DNA from: the human T2T-CHM13v2.0 reference genome, Homo sapiens | Assembly: GCF_009914755.1 (NCBI RefSeq) | Contig: NC_060936.1 | DNA length: 64,000 nt | Direction: 5' to 3' (one strand) | Shown here: positions 1 through 13,026 of the stretch, piece after piece | Layout of the letters: each line of letters starts with the position of its first letter | How positions within the stretch are numbered: the first letter of the stretch is position 1 | Translations under genes and position numbers: made by a program | The notes under the pieces: generated by a model | Database searches by the model: none | The model's input: only the letters and a program-made list of their open reading frames with translations | Told to the model about the DNA's origin: nothing

Positions 1-584
1 GACTTGGACAGAACCTCGAGTTCATGGAAGGAAATTTAGAGAAAAGATGGAAGCAAAGAGTGGTGTCTGAGTTTCAATCAAAAGAACCTCTGCTAAGTCA
101 GGTGACCGTGGAGAATTGCCAGAGGCCTCTAGGTAGACAGGTAATGATCTGCATCATTCCTTCAGTAAACCTACTTGGGGACCTCAATTATGCAAATAAT
201 GATTTTTGATTAGCATTTTATTAAGCAGGAGCATTTCACTGCCAGATGATCACTTGAGTGGGTGCAGGGAAATTTCATCCAGGAGGAGACACGGGGCTGT
301 CTGCTGATGACACCATCCCCTCAGCTGCTTCTCACCTTCCCTAGCCTATTGGGTGCAGGGCCCTCAGATCCTGTTCATAGCAGAGGCCACCAGAACATCT
401 CCAAGAGGGTCAATGTGAGGAGAATAGAAGAGAAATCTTCACTGAAGAGTTGATGAGAACGAGAAATCATTTCATTCCTCAAACACACCCAATGTGTAAA
501 TGTAGGAATATGACATAAAAGAAATAAAGGTTACTGTTAAAGGAAGGAATGAGAGGCTTCGAGACATTCTCATTCGTCTAGAAG

Positions 585-795
585 CAGTAACATTGCGGTG
601 GTAGAGTGTTAAGTTGGACTGGATGCATTCAAATCGCAGGTCTGCATCTGAGCTGTGTGGCTTTGTGCAGGTTGCTTAGCCTCTCTAAACCTCACTTTAC
701 TCATCTATACTGAGGGAATATCAGTGGAACCTGGCGCTGGATTGTTGTGATGATTAACTGAGATAATACATGTAAAGTGGTTAGCACAGTGCCTG
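585..795 (+). mobile_element. MIR
   Basis: MIR core (gcttagcctctctaaacctcactttactcatctat...ttagcacagtgcctg). Confidence 0.75.
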
Positions 796-899
796 AGCCA
801 GGACTGGAACCCGGGTGAGCCTGACTCCAAAGCCTGTGTGCCTAATCACTGTATACCACTGTTTCCCAATTCACTAGGAAAACAGAGAAAGGAGGCAGC

Positions 900-1660
900 T
901 AAGGCTGCATGGGAAGGGTCACAGGGCAAGTGGGAGAGGCTTGGAGAAAGCTAGGAGTTCCTTGGGGTGAGTGGAAACAGTGTGGCCTTGGCATTCCAGG
1001 CACAGGGAACAGCACTGTGGATGTGGGAGCAACATAAGCCTGGAGCTCTGGGGAGTGGCTGGATTTCAGGCTGGGCAGCTGGGTGGGAGTCGATCACAGA
1101 GGGCCTCATGGACCATCCTGAGGAGCCTGGATTTTTATTCAGAGTGGGCAGCAAGAAGACATCCAGCATTTTCAATGAGGAAGTGAAATGATCATATTGG
1201 CATTTTAGAAAGATCCTGCCGCTGAGGCCGGGTGTGGTGCATGTACCTGCAGTCCTAGCTTCTCTGGAGGCTGAGGCAGGAGGATCTCTTGAGCCCAGGA
1301 ATTCAAGGCTGCAGTGAGCTAGGATAGCACCACTACTCCAGCCTGGTCAACAGAGTGAGACCCTGTCTCAAAAAAATCAAAAAAACAAATTCCACTGGTG
1401 AGGCAACAAGACTGGTGGCAGGGAAACCAGTTAGAAGAATGTTTCTGTGGTCCAGGCAGTGAGAGATCACAGTGGACTAGTGCAGTAGTGGGGGTAAGGG
1501 CAGAAAGAGAGAAGGGGCTAGGTTCAGGAGACATCCTGAAGGCAGAACCAGTAGGACCTGGGGTTGTGCAGTGTTAGGAAGAGAGGAGTCAGGGAGGACT
1601 CTCCTGTTCTGTCTTAGGTAACTCAGTGGAGATTGATGCTGGTCACACAGATGTTAAAAC
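900..1660 (-). mobile_element. L2 fragment interrupted by an Alu monomer
   Basis: ggatttttattc...cattttagaaagatc and other L2-like blocks. Confidence 0.55.
1226..1385 (+). mobile_element. Alu monomer (FRAM/AluJ right arm)
   Basis: Single Alu arm with A tail. Confidence 0.85.
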
Positions 1661-2299
1661 TGCATGTATTGATCTATACATTATTCAAAAAGAATAAGTA
1701 AAAACCATCAGGAATGAAGGGAGTCATAGATTAAATTGATCCGTGAATTCCCAGGCCCCATGCTATGGCTTGATAATTCCTCAAGATCACAGTGCGTAGA
1801 ATCACAAACACACTGATTGTACACGTTATTGCCTCACAGAGGTAGAACAAATGGCTCCAGAAGGCCAGTCATTTCCCAGGGGCCTTCTGGCACATCTCTA
1901 GAACACAGTCGGCAACCCCTGGTACCTTCACCTAGGGCCAGGCATCAAGGGCTTGGCCTGTGTTGCTTTATAGATGTTATGTAGGATACCATTTGGATAA
2001 ACACTTAGAAAGATTTCAGAACTTAGCCCAGTCTCTTAAATCAAGTAATCATAAGACTTAGCAACCAAACAAAACAATGCTGCTTTCTTCAATTATCTAC
2101 GTATTGTTTATAGAAAATAGGAAATGATTTATGTTTTTAAAAAAGGAAAGAAAGAAAAAAATAACAACACTATAACACTCTGGTAGATTTTAGGTGCTTC
2201 TTCCAAGATTATCTTGAACTTTCAGTTATTTCAATAAGGAAATCCTTTTCTATTTGCAAAAAACAAAAAGTTTATTTAGTACATAAATATACAAACCCT

Positions 2300-2820
2300 T
2301 TTTGTTCTACCCACAATCCCAATGCCCTAACGAATATCCATTTTCATTTTACCACATTACCTGTTTATTCCTATATTTTTACAAACAATTCTCTGTTATA
2401 AAACTATAACATAAACACAGATTGAGATCTGCTATTTCATTTAACATTATAAGCATTTTCTGTGTTGTGACATAGTTTTTGTTACCATCATTTTTAATGG
2501 CTATTTCATAATTTCTACCGTGTGTATATATACTATCATGTTTTTAGACAGTTTCCTATCATTAGACATTTATGCTGTTTCAAATTTTTCACTCTCATTA
2601 GTAGACTTACATTTAGCTTTTCCTTATTTCAGATTATTTCCTTGGAATTAATAGATCAAAAATATAAGTACTTTATGGCTTCCTATGTATTTTAAAAACG
2701 CTCTGGGGAAGGGTTGTGCTAATAAATGATATCATCAGCCATCTGAGTATTCCAGTTTTACTACAGCCTTGACAGCACTGAATATTAACCTTTCCAAAAT
2801 GTCTGTGAATAACAGAGGGT
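2300..2820 (-). mobile_element. Old L1M 3' fragment
   Basis: T-rich; tttttaatggcta...gtttcctat...tgctgtttcaaatttt motifs. Confidence 0.55.
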
Positions 2821-2822
2821 TA

Positions 2823-3155
<333 letters not shown>

Positions 3156-3479
3156 TTACTGTTGTGTCCATTTGTATCGGAGAAATTTTCCAGACCTAAA
3201 CATAGGAAAATTTCTGCTTTTTCTAAGCAACTAGTATGCACTTATATTGATACTGGGACTCTTGGAACTCTATTGTATTATCTTCTTTGCTTGGGTGGTT
3301 AGGAAACTTAGAACCCACTTTTAACCAATGTGAAAAATCCCCTGGCTCAATTTTTATGCTTCCCTTGTTTTCTTTCTATCGCTATTAGCATGTCTATGTC
3401 TGTTCAGTAGTGTGCCTTTGTGAACAGCTGCTTCAAATCCTGGCTCTGAAGCCATTCATATGCTGAAAGTCTGAAGGGC

Positions 3480-3645
3480 TTGGCCACAGGTTAATATAAA
3501 TCCAAGGTGATGAGGCCACTAAACCTGGATGCAGTCTTAGGCTGCACTGCTAGACAAAGTGTTTAAAGAGCACTGTTACTGACCCCATCTTGAATCACTG
3601 CCTTTTACTCAGGTCACCACAATTTGAGAAGGACATAAAGTGAAA
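3480..3645 (+). mobile_element. L3/CR1 ORF2-derived fragment
   Basis: atgcagtcttaggctgcact...caccacaatttgagaaggacat resembles CR1 RT 3' region. Confidence 0.5.
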
Positions 3646-4414
3646 AGCTTGGATCTTCAGTTTACAAGAGTCAGGGTTAAAGAGATGGGATTTATTGCCT
3701 ACAAAGTGGTACCCTTAAAGAATTCAGAGAATTGTTGCATCATTTTGTTCAGTATTATCACCATGAGATGGTATTTTAAAAGCCTTTTTTACTTCCAAAA
3801 GTGGTTTCATGATGCTATCGTATTAGATTCTCTAAACATTCTTGTGAGGTGCATCTTTTTGTCAACGATTCTCTGATGCTGAAATGCTGCGGCATCCATT
3901 CTCCACACTGGAGGTGGTCAGCTCCCCAGTGTAGAGAAATGGTCAGTCTTCAAGGTTCTCAATTTCTCACTAATTTGTGCACTTCTGTCCATCCCATTGA
4001 TACCATTTTAGTTGAGATCACCAACACCTAGCCCTCCAATTAGGGGAAGACTACACAACCCCTTAGTCCTCAAATGCCACAGGAGGAAATTCAGGCACAG
4101 AGAGGTTAAACAGTATGTCCCAGTTCAAACAGCTAACAAGGTCACAGTCCATATTTGTTGAGTGAATGAGTAAATCAATCAGTGAGAGTAGTGGTGTGGA
4201 TAAAAGAGGGGTGAATAGATGAATAGAGATTCATCCCCATCCCTAGAGAAAGCACTCAAGGTTTATGCCCTACCAACAAGAAATCAGCAACAGCTTCTTT
4301 TCTCATGAAGGCTTACTCTCTCTGACCATGTATGCCTGCTCAGTGCTGTACCAGGAGGGAAGGGAGTCTTGGTTACACTCAAAAAATCCCTGGAAGTAAA
4401 AGGGTCATCAGGAC

Positions 4415-4665
4415 AATCAGTGGTAATAATGGGTAACATTTATTAAGTACTTACTAACTGCCAGGCACTACTGCCAGCTATTTACATACATTCACTTTTT
4501 AAAATTTCACAATAACTCTAGAGGTTATTATCATTCCTATTTTACAAATGGGGAAACTGAGTCATGTGGATACTAAATAACTTGCCCAAGGGCATCCAGC
4601 CTAACCAATGCCTGAGCTTGCATTCAATTCAGGTAGTCGAGTTCCAGAGTTCTTGCACGTAACCC
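4415..4665 (-). mobile_element. MIR
   Basis: cctattttacaaatggggaaactgag...aacttgcccaagg. Confidence 0.8.
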
Positions 4666-4849
4666 CTGACCTGTCATGCCTCTCCACAAACATCATCTCC
4701 GTAAACCCCAAGGAAAGGGGCCTCATGGTTATGTTTTCACCTTGAGAGATGCTCTCTCTTCACGGATTTCTTGTGAACTGGTGTGGTTGTCCTGGGCAAC
4801 AGCAATTATCATCCTCTGCTCTGCAGACAGAAAAAAGATACCCCTAGGC

Positions 4850-5400
4850 TTTCATTCCTTCATTCAACAGATGTGGATTGGGGTCTTTGCATGTGCCAAA
4901 CCCTGTATGAGGTCCTTGCTCTCATGGAGCGTGTGTTCAAGCAGGAGGAGACATAAACTAAGTACCCAGAGAGTAAGTGAACAAGATAACTTCAGATAGT
5001 GCTAAGTGATAAGAAGACAAAGCAGGGCCATGTGACCCTTGTGCTACTCCACACTGGCTGGTCTGAGAAGGCCTCTGGGCAGAAGGACATTGTCCAGACG
5101 CCTGAATGGTTAAAGAGGAGGCAGTCTTGTGAAGAGCTGAGTGAAATTCCACTCCTGGGTGCAGTACAAAGGCCCCCCATGGGGAGCAACGCTGGTGTGT
5201 TTCAGTAATAGAGAAAACAATAAAAAGCCAGTGTGGCTGGGATCTGGTGAGTAAAGGTGAGAATTATAAGAGAGGAAGGCCAGAAGGTAAGCAGGACGAG
5301 TTACAGAGGCTAAGTGTGGGTTTTAGTTCCAGGTGCTGTGGAAGCCACTGGAGGGTTTTAAACAGGGGAGAGGCAGGTTCTGGACCAACCAGAACTCTCC
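4850..5400 (-). mobile_element. L2
   Basis: cattccttcattcaaca start; gaagccactggagggttttaaacagggga. Confidence 0.7.
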
Positions 5401-5655
5401 TTCCTTTGTGAGTAGGACGGGGTGAAGCATAGAGTGGCCAAGTGAGACCCCCTTAGTATCCAGAGCCCCACAACCATCCAAGCACTCCCCACTCTGACAC
5501 CAGTAGTCTTCTCCAGGGTCCTCACAGACTCCTATTAAGTCATTGCAACCAAGGACCTATGTTTTCCTCCCTTCTGTAGATGGCTATTTGTAAAACTCAG
5601 TCACTATGCTCCCAACTCTTCCCAATGGGTAACTGATTCTTGTGTTGACTTACAG

Positions 5656-5717
5656 ATCATAAGGCAGCAGTTTCCTCAGTTAACCACCAGAAGACTCGGG
5701 ACCCGAGGACAGTCAAA
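5656..5717 (+). CDS. RFX4: RFX4 exon ~5 (62 nt), winged-helix DBD: IIRQQFPQLTTRRLGTRGQSK
   Basis: ttacag|ATC ... TCA AA|gtaagc; the RRLGTRGQSKYHY motif is the RFX DBD signature. Confidence 0.97.
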
Positions 5718-7129
5718 GTAAGCACCGGACGGCCATTCCACCTGCAGAGCGCACATCTATGGGCCTCGAGACAGGCCACACCCTTGGCTCTTTATCCTGA
5801 GCTCTGTCTGCAGGCCTGGCAGAAGTCTGTGCCTAGAGGGAATATGGAAGAGCTTTATGACGGCCAGGGCCCCTCTCTCAGGACTCCTGAAAGAGAGGTT
5901 GTCCAAAAGCCCAAGACGAGTTGGCTCTGCTGCTTTAAGGAATCTGATTTTGTACCACCCTGCTTTTAGGCATATTTTGTAAAATAGTCTTGGGCATCAT
6001 TGAAAGGATTGCCTTGTGGCCTCTTGGAGGATCACCAGGTTATCTGGACTGTTTTGCTGAGCAAACTCTGCTCTGATAGTATGCAGTAGACCAGAGAAGC
6101 AAAACTGTACTATTCCCTGCATGGGAGATGGGGCAGAAAGGTCCAGCTGCACCATGGTCCATGAGGGTTCACGGCTTCCCATTCATCAGTTTCATCAAGC
6201 AACCAACCAACTCATGCTTTATACTTTCTGTGTGTCACATATGTGGTGCTAGGTACTGGGAACACAGGAGCAAATCAGTTGCTGCCCTCATGGAGCATAG
6301 ATTCCGGTGGGAAACAGACAAAACAGAGAATCAGATTGTGACAAAGTTGTAGCAGAGAGCAACAAAAGAGGAATGGCCAGGGAAGGTCTTTCAGAGGAGG
6401 TTACATTTAAGTAAAGACTAGGGGAGTGCAGAAGGCTGTGCAGACACTTGTCTGCTAGGTGTGAGTCAGTGGGAAGGGAATCTCTTCCTGTACTGCTCGA
6501 CCTTCATTAAAATCTGCATTTATAGGACTTGCCTCTAAGGATGTTTCAAAAATTGTTGGACGATAATAGGTGTTCCATGAAGAAGAGCAGCAGGCCCTAT
6601 AAGTTTGGTTAACACTAAGTTTAAACAGTTTCCTTTACTGCAAGACTTCTCAGAACCCTTATTATGCTAATGTACAAGGTGACTCCACTAGAGGGTGCCT
6701 TATTATGCAGCATTTCTAAGCATTTTGACCACGTTGAGCAGGTCAGCACATAGTGACCTATAAAACACTGTAACTTTTTAGAAAGGCAACCATATAGGAC
6801 TTTTAAGACTTGTCTTGAAGGATGTGTCAAAAGCATGTCCAGTGCTCTCACCCTGGGCCAAACCCCTGTCCCTCACCAGCTCCTCTCATCCCTGGGCAGC
6901 ACATTCCCATCCTCCAAGGGTGGGTTTGATTTTGGAGCCAAGGTAGGGAAAGAAAATGGATGATCGAACTGGGAAAAACCCTTTTTTGGTATTCTGAAAA
7001 TAATGAGACTAATTTTTTTGGTGTAGCTCAGAAGCTTTTGAACCAGTCTCTAAAGGAATTTCCAGAAGACTGTTGAACAAAGGACCTCTTGGAATAAATT
7101 CCTAATAATTTTCCAAGATGACTATTCTG

Positions 7130-7162
<33 letters not shown>
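7130..7162 (+). repeat. Poly(A)33 tract not attached to an Alu
   Basis: Direct read. Confidence 0.95.
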
Positions 7163-7163
<1 letters not shown>

Positions 7164-7750
7164 AAACCTCAGTTATAATTTTAAAATTCTGGTATTTGTT
7201 TAAAAGTAAGGTTTCAGCCTTGGTACGATTATAGATTACAAAAGCCAGGTTCTTCCTTGTTTGCTGGTAAACACATAGTAGGCAATTCAAAATGTTGGTC
7301 AAACAGAAGAGTGGATGGATAGAACGATATGGAATAAATGAAAATAAATTATTTTTCTCCAGCTCTTGGTCTTTGAGGAATCAGTGGCTCCGATAGCTTG
7401 TTGCTCATTTCTAAGAAGAGCAGAAATAGTAAAGACACACAGTAAAGAGAGAGCAGAAAGGTTTCCCATCCTGCATAAACAGAGAAAATTTCCTTCTGTC
7501 CACATGGGAGAGTCTGTTTTTGTTTTGTTTGTTTTTCTTTTTCTTTAACCTCGAGGTTGGCAAAATACCCTCTTTAAAAATTCTGTATAATCAATTTTAT
7601 TGTATCCTCTTCCATAAGGATACTCCAAAGTTGGTCACACCTTCGACCAGTTGAAAGGCAGTAAGAAGCTCTTGTCTCCAACCTGCATCATGGCCTTATA
7701 GAGAAACTCCCTTGGCAAATTGACAATGACAGAAGAAATCTGGGGGGGTG

Positions 7751-8100
<350 letters not shown>

Positions 8101-8199
8101 ATCTGGGGGTGGCTGGTGAGGAATGTGTTGTTGTGCCCTACAGAACTGAAATAGAAGAACTCAAGATCAGAGCAGTAGCTTCACTGTGGTTGTTGATTT

Positions 8200-8479
8200 T
8201 AGCTACGTGATCTCTGAATAGTCAAGAAGTGGTCTGGTCTGAACATATTAGATGATCTGGCTCTTAAGAAGTTATAAAGGTGAACTTTTTAAGGTTACGG
8301 TGGTGTGTCATAACTGTCATCCCACCTGAAGCCACCGGAACCATGCTCCTCCCCCACCCACAGAGTGAGTTCCAGGTGGGAAGGCAGTTATGACAGTTGA
8401 GAAGTAGTAGAAGACACGGAAGGCACAGAAGGCAGACTTCGCTCAGCACAAAGAATTTTCTGATAACCATACTGGCAAA
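8200..8479 (+). promoter_or_regulatory. Putative internal (germ-cell type) promoter and 5' UTR
   Basis: Lies directly upstream of the alternative first exon; MYB-type cores TAACTG (8311), CAGTTA (8385), CAGTTG (8394); locally preserved CpGs. Confidence 0.55.
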
Positions 8480-8695
8480 ATGAACTGGGCTGCCTTCGGA
8501 GGGTCTGAATTCTTCATCCCAGAAGGCATTCAGATAGATTCGAGATGCCCACTAAGCAGAAATATCACGGAATGGTATCAGGAGTAAAGGAGGGTTGGGG
8601 AGAGGGAAGGTTTTGACGTGCTCATCTCTTCCCTCCTCGCAAAAGCCCTTCCCATAATTCAAAATGCCTTCTCATCTGTATGATTTTGTGACTTT
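8425..8695 (+). mobile_element. L3/CR1 LINE 3' end
   Basis: ggcagacttcgctcag..aagaattttctga..tgaactgggctgccttcggagg..ggcattcag resembles the CR1/L3 3' consensus; ends in a tgattttgtga-type tail. Confidence 0.7.
8480..8574 (+). CDS. RFX4: Alternative first coding exon of a DBD-truncated RFX4 isoform: MNWAAFGGSEFFIPEGIQIDSRCPLSRNITEW
   Basis: aaaATG at 8480, 31 open codons + TG|gtatca; phase 2 joins exon 6 in frame; matches my recollection of a testis isoform N-terminus. Confidence 0.85.
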
Positions 8696-8737
8696 CATTG
8701 TATCTCCATGGGTAGAGAAAAGTAGTTAATATGTTGT

Positions 8738-8978
8738 GCGGTGTTTCTGAAAGCGAGGTCCACGGATGACCTAACATTTGTATTGCCACGGGACTGTGAA
8801 AATCGACTCTAGACGTACTAAATAGGAGTCTTTAAGGGGGGAGCAGGGCCCAGGAGTCTCTATTTTAATGGTTTTTTTTCTTCTTCTTCTTTTAGTCCTA
8901 GCTACTAGACTACCAGGGATATTTTAATATGTTTTGTAAGTGATTCTTAGTAGTAGTAAGGTTTGAGAATCACTGGCT
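8738..8978. mobile_element. MER5-type hAT MITE (host of the tRNA fragment)
   Basis: Ends cggtgtttctgaaa / tttgagaatcactg; internal gggcccaggagtctctattttaa. Confidence 0.7.
8871..8919 (-). pseudogene. Retroposed 5' fragment of tRNA-Glu with A-rich tail
   Basis: Minus strand TCCCTGGTAGTCTAGTAGCTAGGA is 22/24 to the tRNA-Glu 5' end; A-rich tail; tattttaat direct repeats at 8861-8869 and 8920-8928. Confidence 0.85.
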
Positions 8979-9167
8979 TAGTGGTTCAAAGCACTTGGGA
9001 GGTTCAAATCCTGCCTCTGCTCCTTACTCACTGGCTGATCTTGGGTGCATGACTTAAATTCTCTGGGCCTTAGTTTCCTTATCTATAAAAATGGGGATAA
9101 TAATTAATTCTAGCTTTATGGGGATTTTGTGAGATTAAATAAGATAATGTGTGTCAAGCACTCAGTA

Positions 9168-9345
9168 CCAGAGATCTCAAACTGATGTGCTTTAGAATTA
9201 CCCCTATGGTGCTTGATTCAGTGCTGATTCCTGGGCCCCATTCCCAGATGTTCTAAATCAGTAGGTACTGAGAGAGGGCCCAGGAGTCTGTATTTTTATT
9301 AAACTTTAAAAATGATTCTGATAAGATCAAAGTTTATAAGACTAT
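9168..9345. mobile_element. MER5-type hAT MITE
   Basis: gattcctgggccccattcccaga...gggcccaggagtctgtatttt. Confidence 0.7.
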
Positions 9346-9780
9346 CTTGCAGTGTTTTCAGTAGGATAGCACTGTGGCTTCATAGTCAAAAAGACCTGTC
9401 TGTGTTCAAGAACCTGTTCCTCCCCTAAACAGCTATATGACCTTAAACAAATTATTTGAGCTTTCTTGCCTCCAGTTTCTCATGTGTAGAAAGACTGTAA
9501 TAATTTCCATTATTGGTTATTTTACAAATTAATGCATGCAAAGTCCTTTGCAAACTGCCTGGCATGTAGCCAATATATAATGCTCAATAGATTATAGCTA
9601 AAATCTAAACAAAATGCAGCCTCCAATCCCTTGTTAGTCTTAATTGAAAACATTGCTAATATTAAGCCTATTTTGAGTTAATAAAAAGTTCTGGTCTTCG
9701 CTTTACATTCAGTGTCAACTGAAGCACTGAATTTACCTTTTTAAAAATACAGTTCTTTGAGACTACCATTTATTGATTAA

Positions 9781-10112
<332 letters not shown>

Positions 10113-10549
10113 AAGGAAAACACAGGCCAAATGAATTTTTATTAGAGGTGCAGTTAGTAGTCACAAACATATCCTGCTTGGGTCCCCACAGAGAAGGGAC
10201 CCTCAAGTGCTGGTATCCCATTTGGCTAGACATGAGAGATCAAGTACTAATGGAAAATTTTTCATCCCCTCTCTGCTTTGCAAAGTATTTGACTTAACGT
10301 TTTCTGTAGGAGGCAATTTTGGTTATTTTTACCTGCCTGATTGATGGCTGGCACTTTGGTTTAATTCTATATTTCAGTGATATTAGCCTTACAGGAGAGT
10401 TAACTCTTCTATCCCCAGGTAGGATGGCCCCAGCTTTCCTTGGCCTTGGGCAACACTCCCTACTCAGGAAACCTCACTTAATAACAGTGCATGTGGGTCT
10501 CTCTCTTTTTTTTTTTTTCTCTCTCTCCCTCCCTCCCCTTGTGGCCCAG

Positions 10550-10763
10550 GTACCATTACTATGGCATTGCAGTGAAAGAAAGCTCCCAATATTATGATGT
10601 GATGTATTCCAAGAAAGGAGCTGCCTGGGTGAGTGAGACGGGCAAGAAAGAAGTGAGCAAACAGACAGTGGCATATTCACCCCGGTCCAAACTCGGAACA
10701 CTGCTGCCAGAATTTCCCAATGTCAAAGATCTAAATCTGCCAGCCAGCCTGCCTGAGGAGAAG
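10550..10763 (+). CDS. RFX4: RFX4 exon ~6 (214 nt): [13 protein letters not shown]...LPASLPEEK
   Basis: Long pyrimidine tract, cccag|G ... AAG|gtaact; inside ORF 10491..10961. Confidence 0.97.
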
Positions 10764-10800
10764 GTAACTACAACTGAAGTGACTATTTGGGGTGGGTGGT

Positions 10801-10833
10801 TTCTCTCTCTTTCTCTCTCTCTCTCTGTCTCTA

Positions 10834-10888
<55 letters not shown>
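10801..10888 (+). repeat. Compound microsatellite (TC)n(CA)20
   Basis: Direct read. Confidence 0.97.
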
Positions 10889-10889
<1 letters not shown>

Positions 10890-10933
10890 TTATTGCAAAA
10901 CCGTGAGTTTAAAAATATAAAGATAGAAATCCA

Positions 10934-11235
<302 letters not shown>

Positions 11236-11249
11236 ATCAAAATAAAGCA

Positions 11250-11408
11250 TGGACTATAGTTAATAACAATTTATCACTATGAGTTTATTAGTTGTGACAA
11301 ATATATCCTAGTAATGCAAGATGTTAACAATTGGGGTGAGGCATATGGGAACTCCCAGTACTATCTTTACAACTTTTCTGTAAATCCAAAACTATTCTAA
11401 AATAAAAT
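11250..11408 (+). mobile_element. L1MC-like 3' end
   Basis: tatgggaactc..tactatctttacaacttttctgtaaatccaaaactattctaaaataaaa. Confidence 0.7.
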
Positions 11409-11606
11409 TTGCTCTGTCAATCTCTATCATGTATGCCTATCTGTCTATCTACCTATCATCTATCTTCTGTCTTTCTACCTACCTACCTGTCCTATGATCT
11501 TATGCTGTCTCATTTCATGAGGAAAGAACCTCTCCCCTCTGAATTGCTTTTCCACAGGATAAAGTCCATTTTCCCATGTGCTGCAGGGGATTTGGTGAAA
11601 TAATAG

Positions 11607-12029
<423 letters not shown>

Positions 12030-12948
12030 GAGTATCACATCTTTAATGCACCTATTGATGCAACCCAGTGCTGCTCTAACATGTATTGAGCTTCTACTAA
12101 GTCTCCATGTCACACTAGGATCTGGGATGCAGTGAAGAATGAGATGAGTCCTGCTTTCAGAAAGCTTAGAGTCAACCAGGGAGATAGTGCTTGTATAAGT
12201 CAAACTAAGTTTATATAAAATGCATGTCTATGTTCTAAAATGAGGAAAATGAACTTGTATCTGTAAAGGATACATTAAATCTAAGAAATAGATAAATATT
12301 TTTTCTTAAATTTGCTTTTTTGGTCAATAAACATACAAATGAACTTCCTGCACCATGGATTTAAAATTCTCAGGTAATTGAAAAAAACATAAAAATAAAA
12401 AAATTATTGGATAAATGGAGGGGGAGATTAATTTTTTTTTTTATTTTTGCTAAGCACATTGCAGAGAATTTCCAAATGTCTTATGGTGACTTAGGCAGAA
12501 TCACTTCTTCATATAACTATACATTGGATTTTAACTTTCTAGTGGTCTCAGCCAATGAAGAGAATTTAGTTCCATAACCCTGCTTAGCTCTATGTGCCAG
12601 GCACTGTGCTAAGTGCTGGATACATGAGCATGAATAAGATACCATTTTTGTTTTCCTAGAGCTCACAGTCTCAGGGGGTGGAAAATGGGGGCAGGAGGAG
12701 AAACCAGCGCATTCCGTATCTCAGGGAGAAACACACTCGTGCTGTGTGAGCACAGAGGAGGGAGCCAAGGGTCAGAGAATACCACCTAATGAAAATCAGT
12801 CTCACCTGGGTCTGGTAGGCTGAGCCGGTGTTAGGTGAATTGCATCCCCCCCACAGGGAAGAAATGACTTAAAAACTGAAAGTCCAAGGGCAGCAGCAAT
12901 GTGTATTAATGTATGTCTTTGTTGTTGATCCTCTACACACCCCCACAG

Positions 12949-13026
12949 GTTTCTACCTTTATTATGATGTACAGAACACACTGTCAGAGAATACTGGACA
13001 CTGTAATAAGAGCCAACTTTGATGAG
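12949..13026 (+). CDS. RFX4: RFX4 exon ~7 (78 nt): [26 protein letters not shown]
   Basis: cacag|GTT ... GAG|gtaggt. Confidence 0.96.

Noticed and set aside
8871-8919. Functional tRNA-Glu gene
   Set aside because: Only 24 nt; no anticodon arm, T arm or B-box
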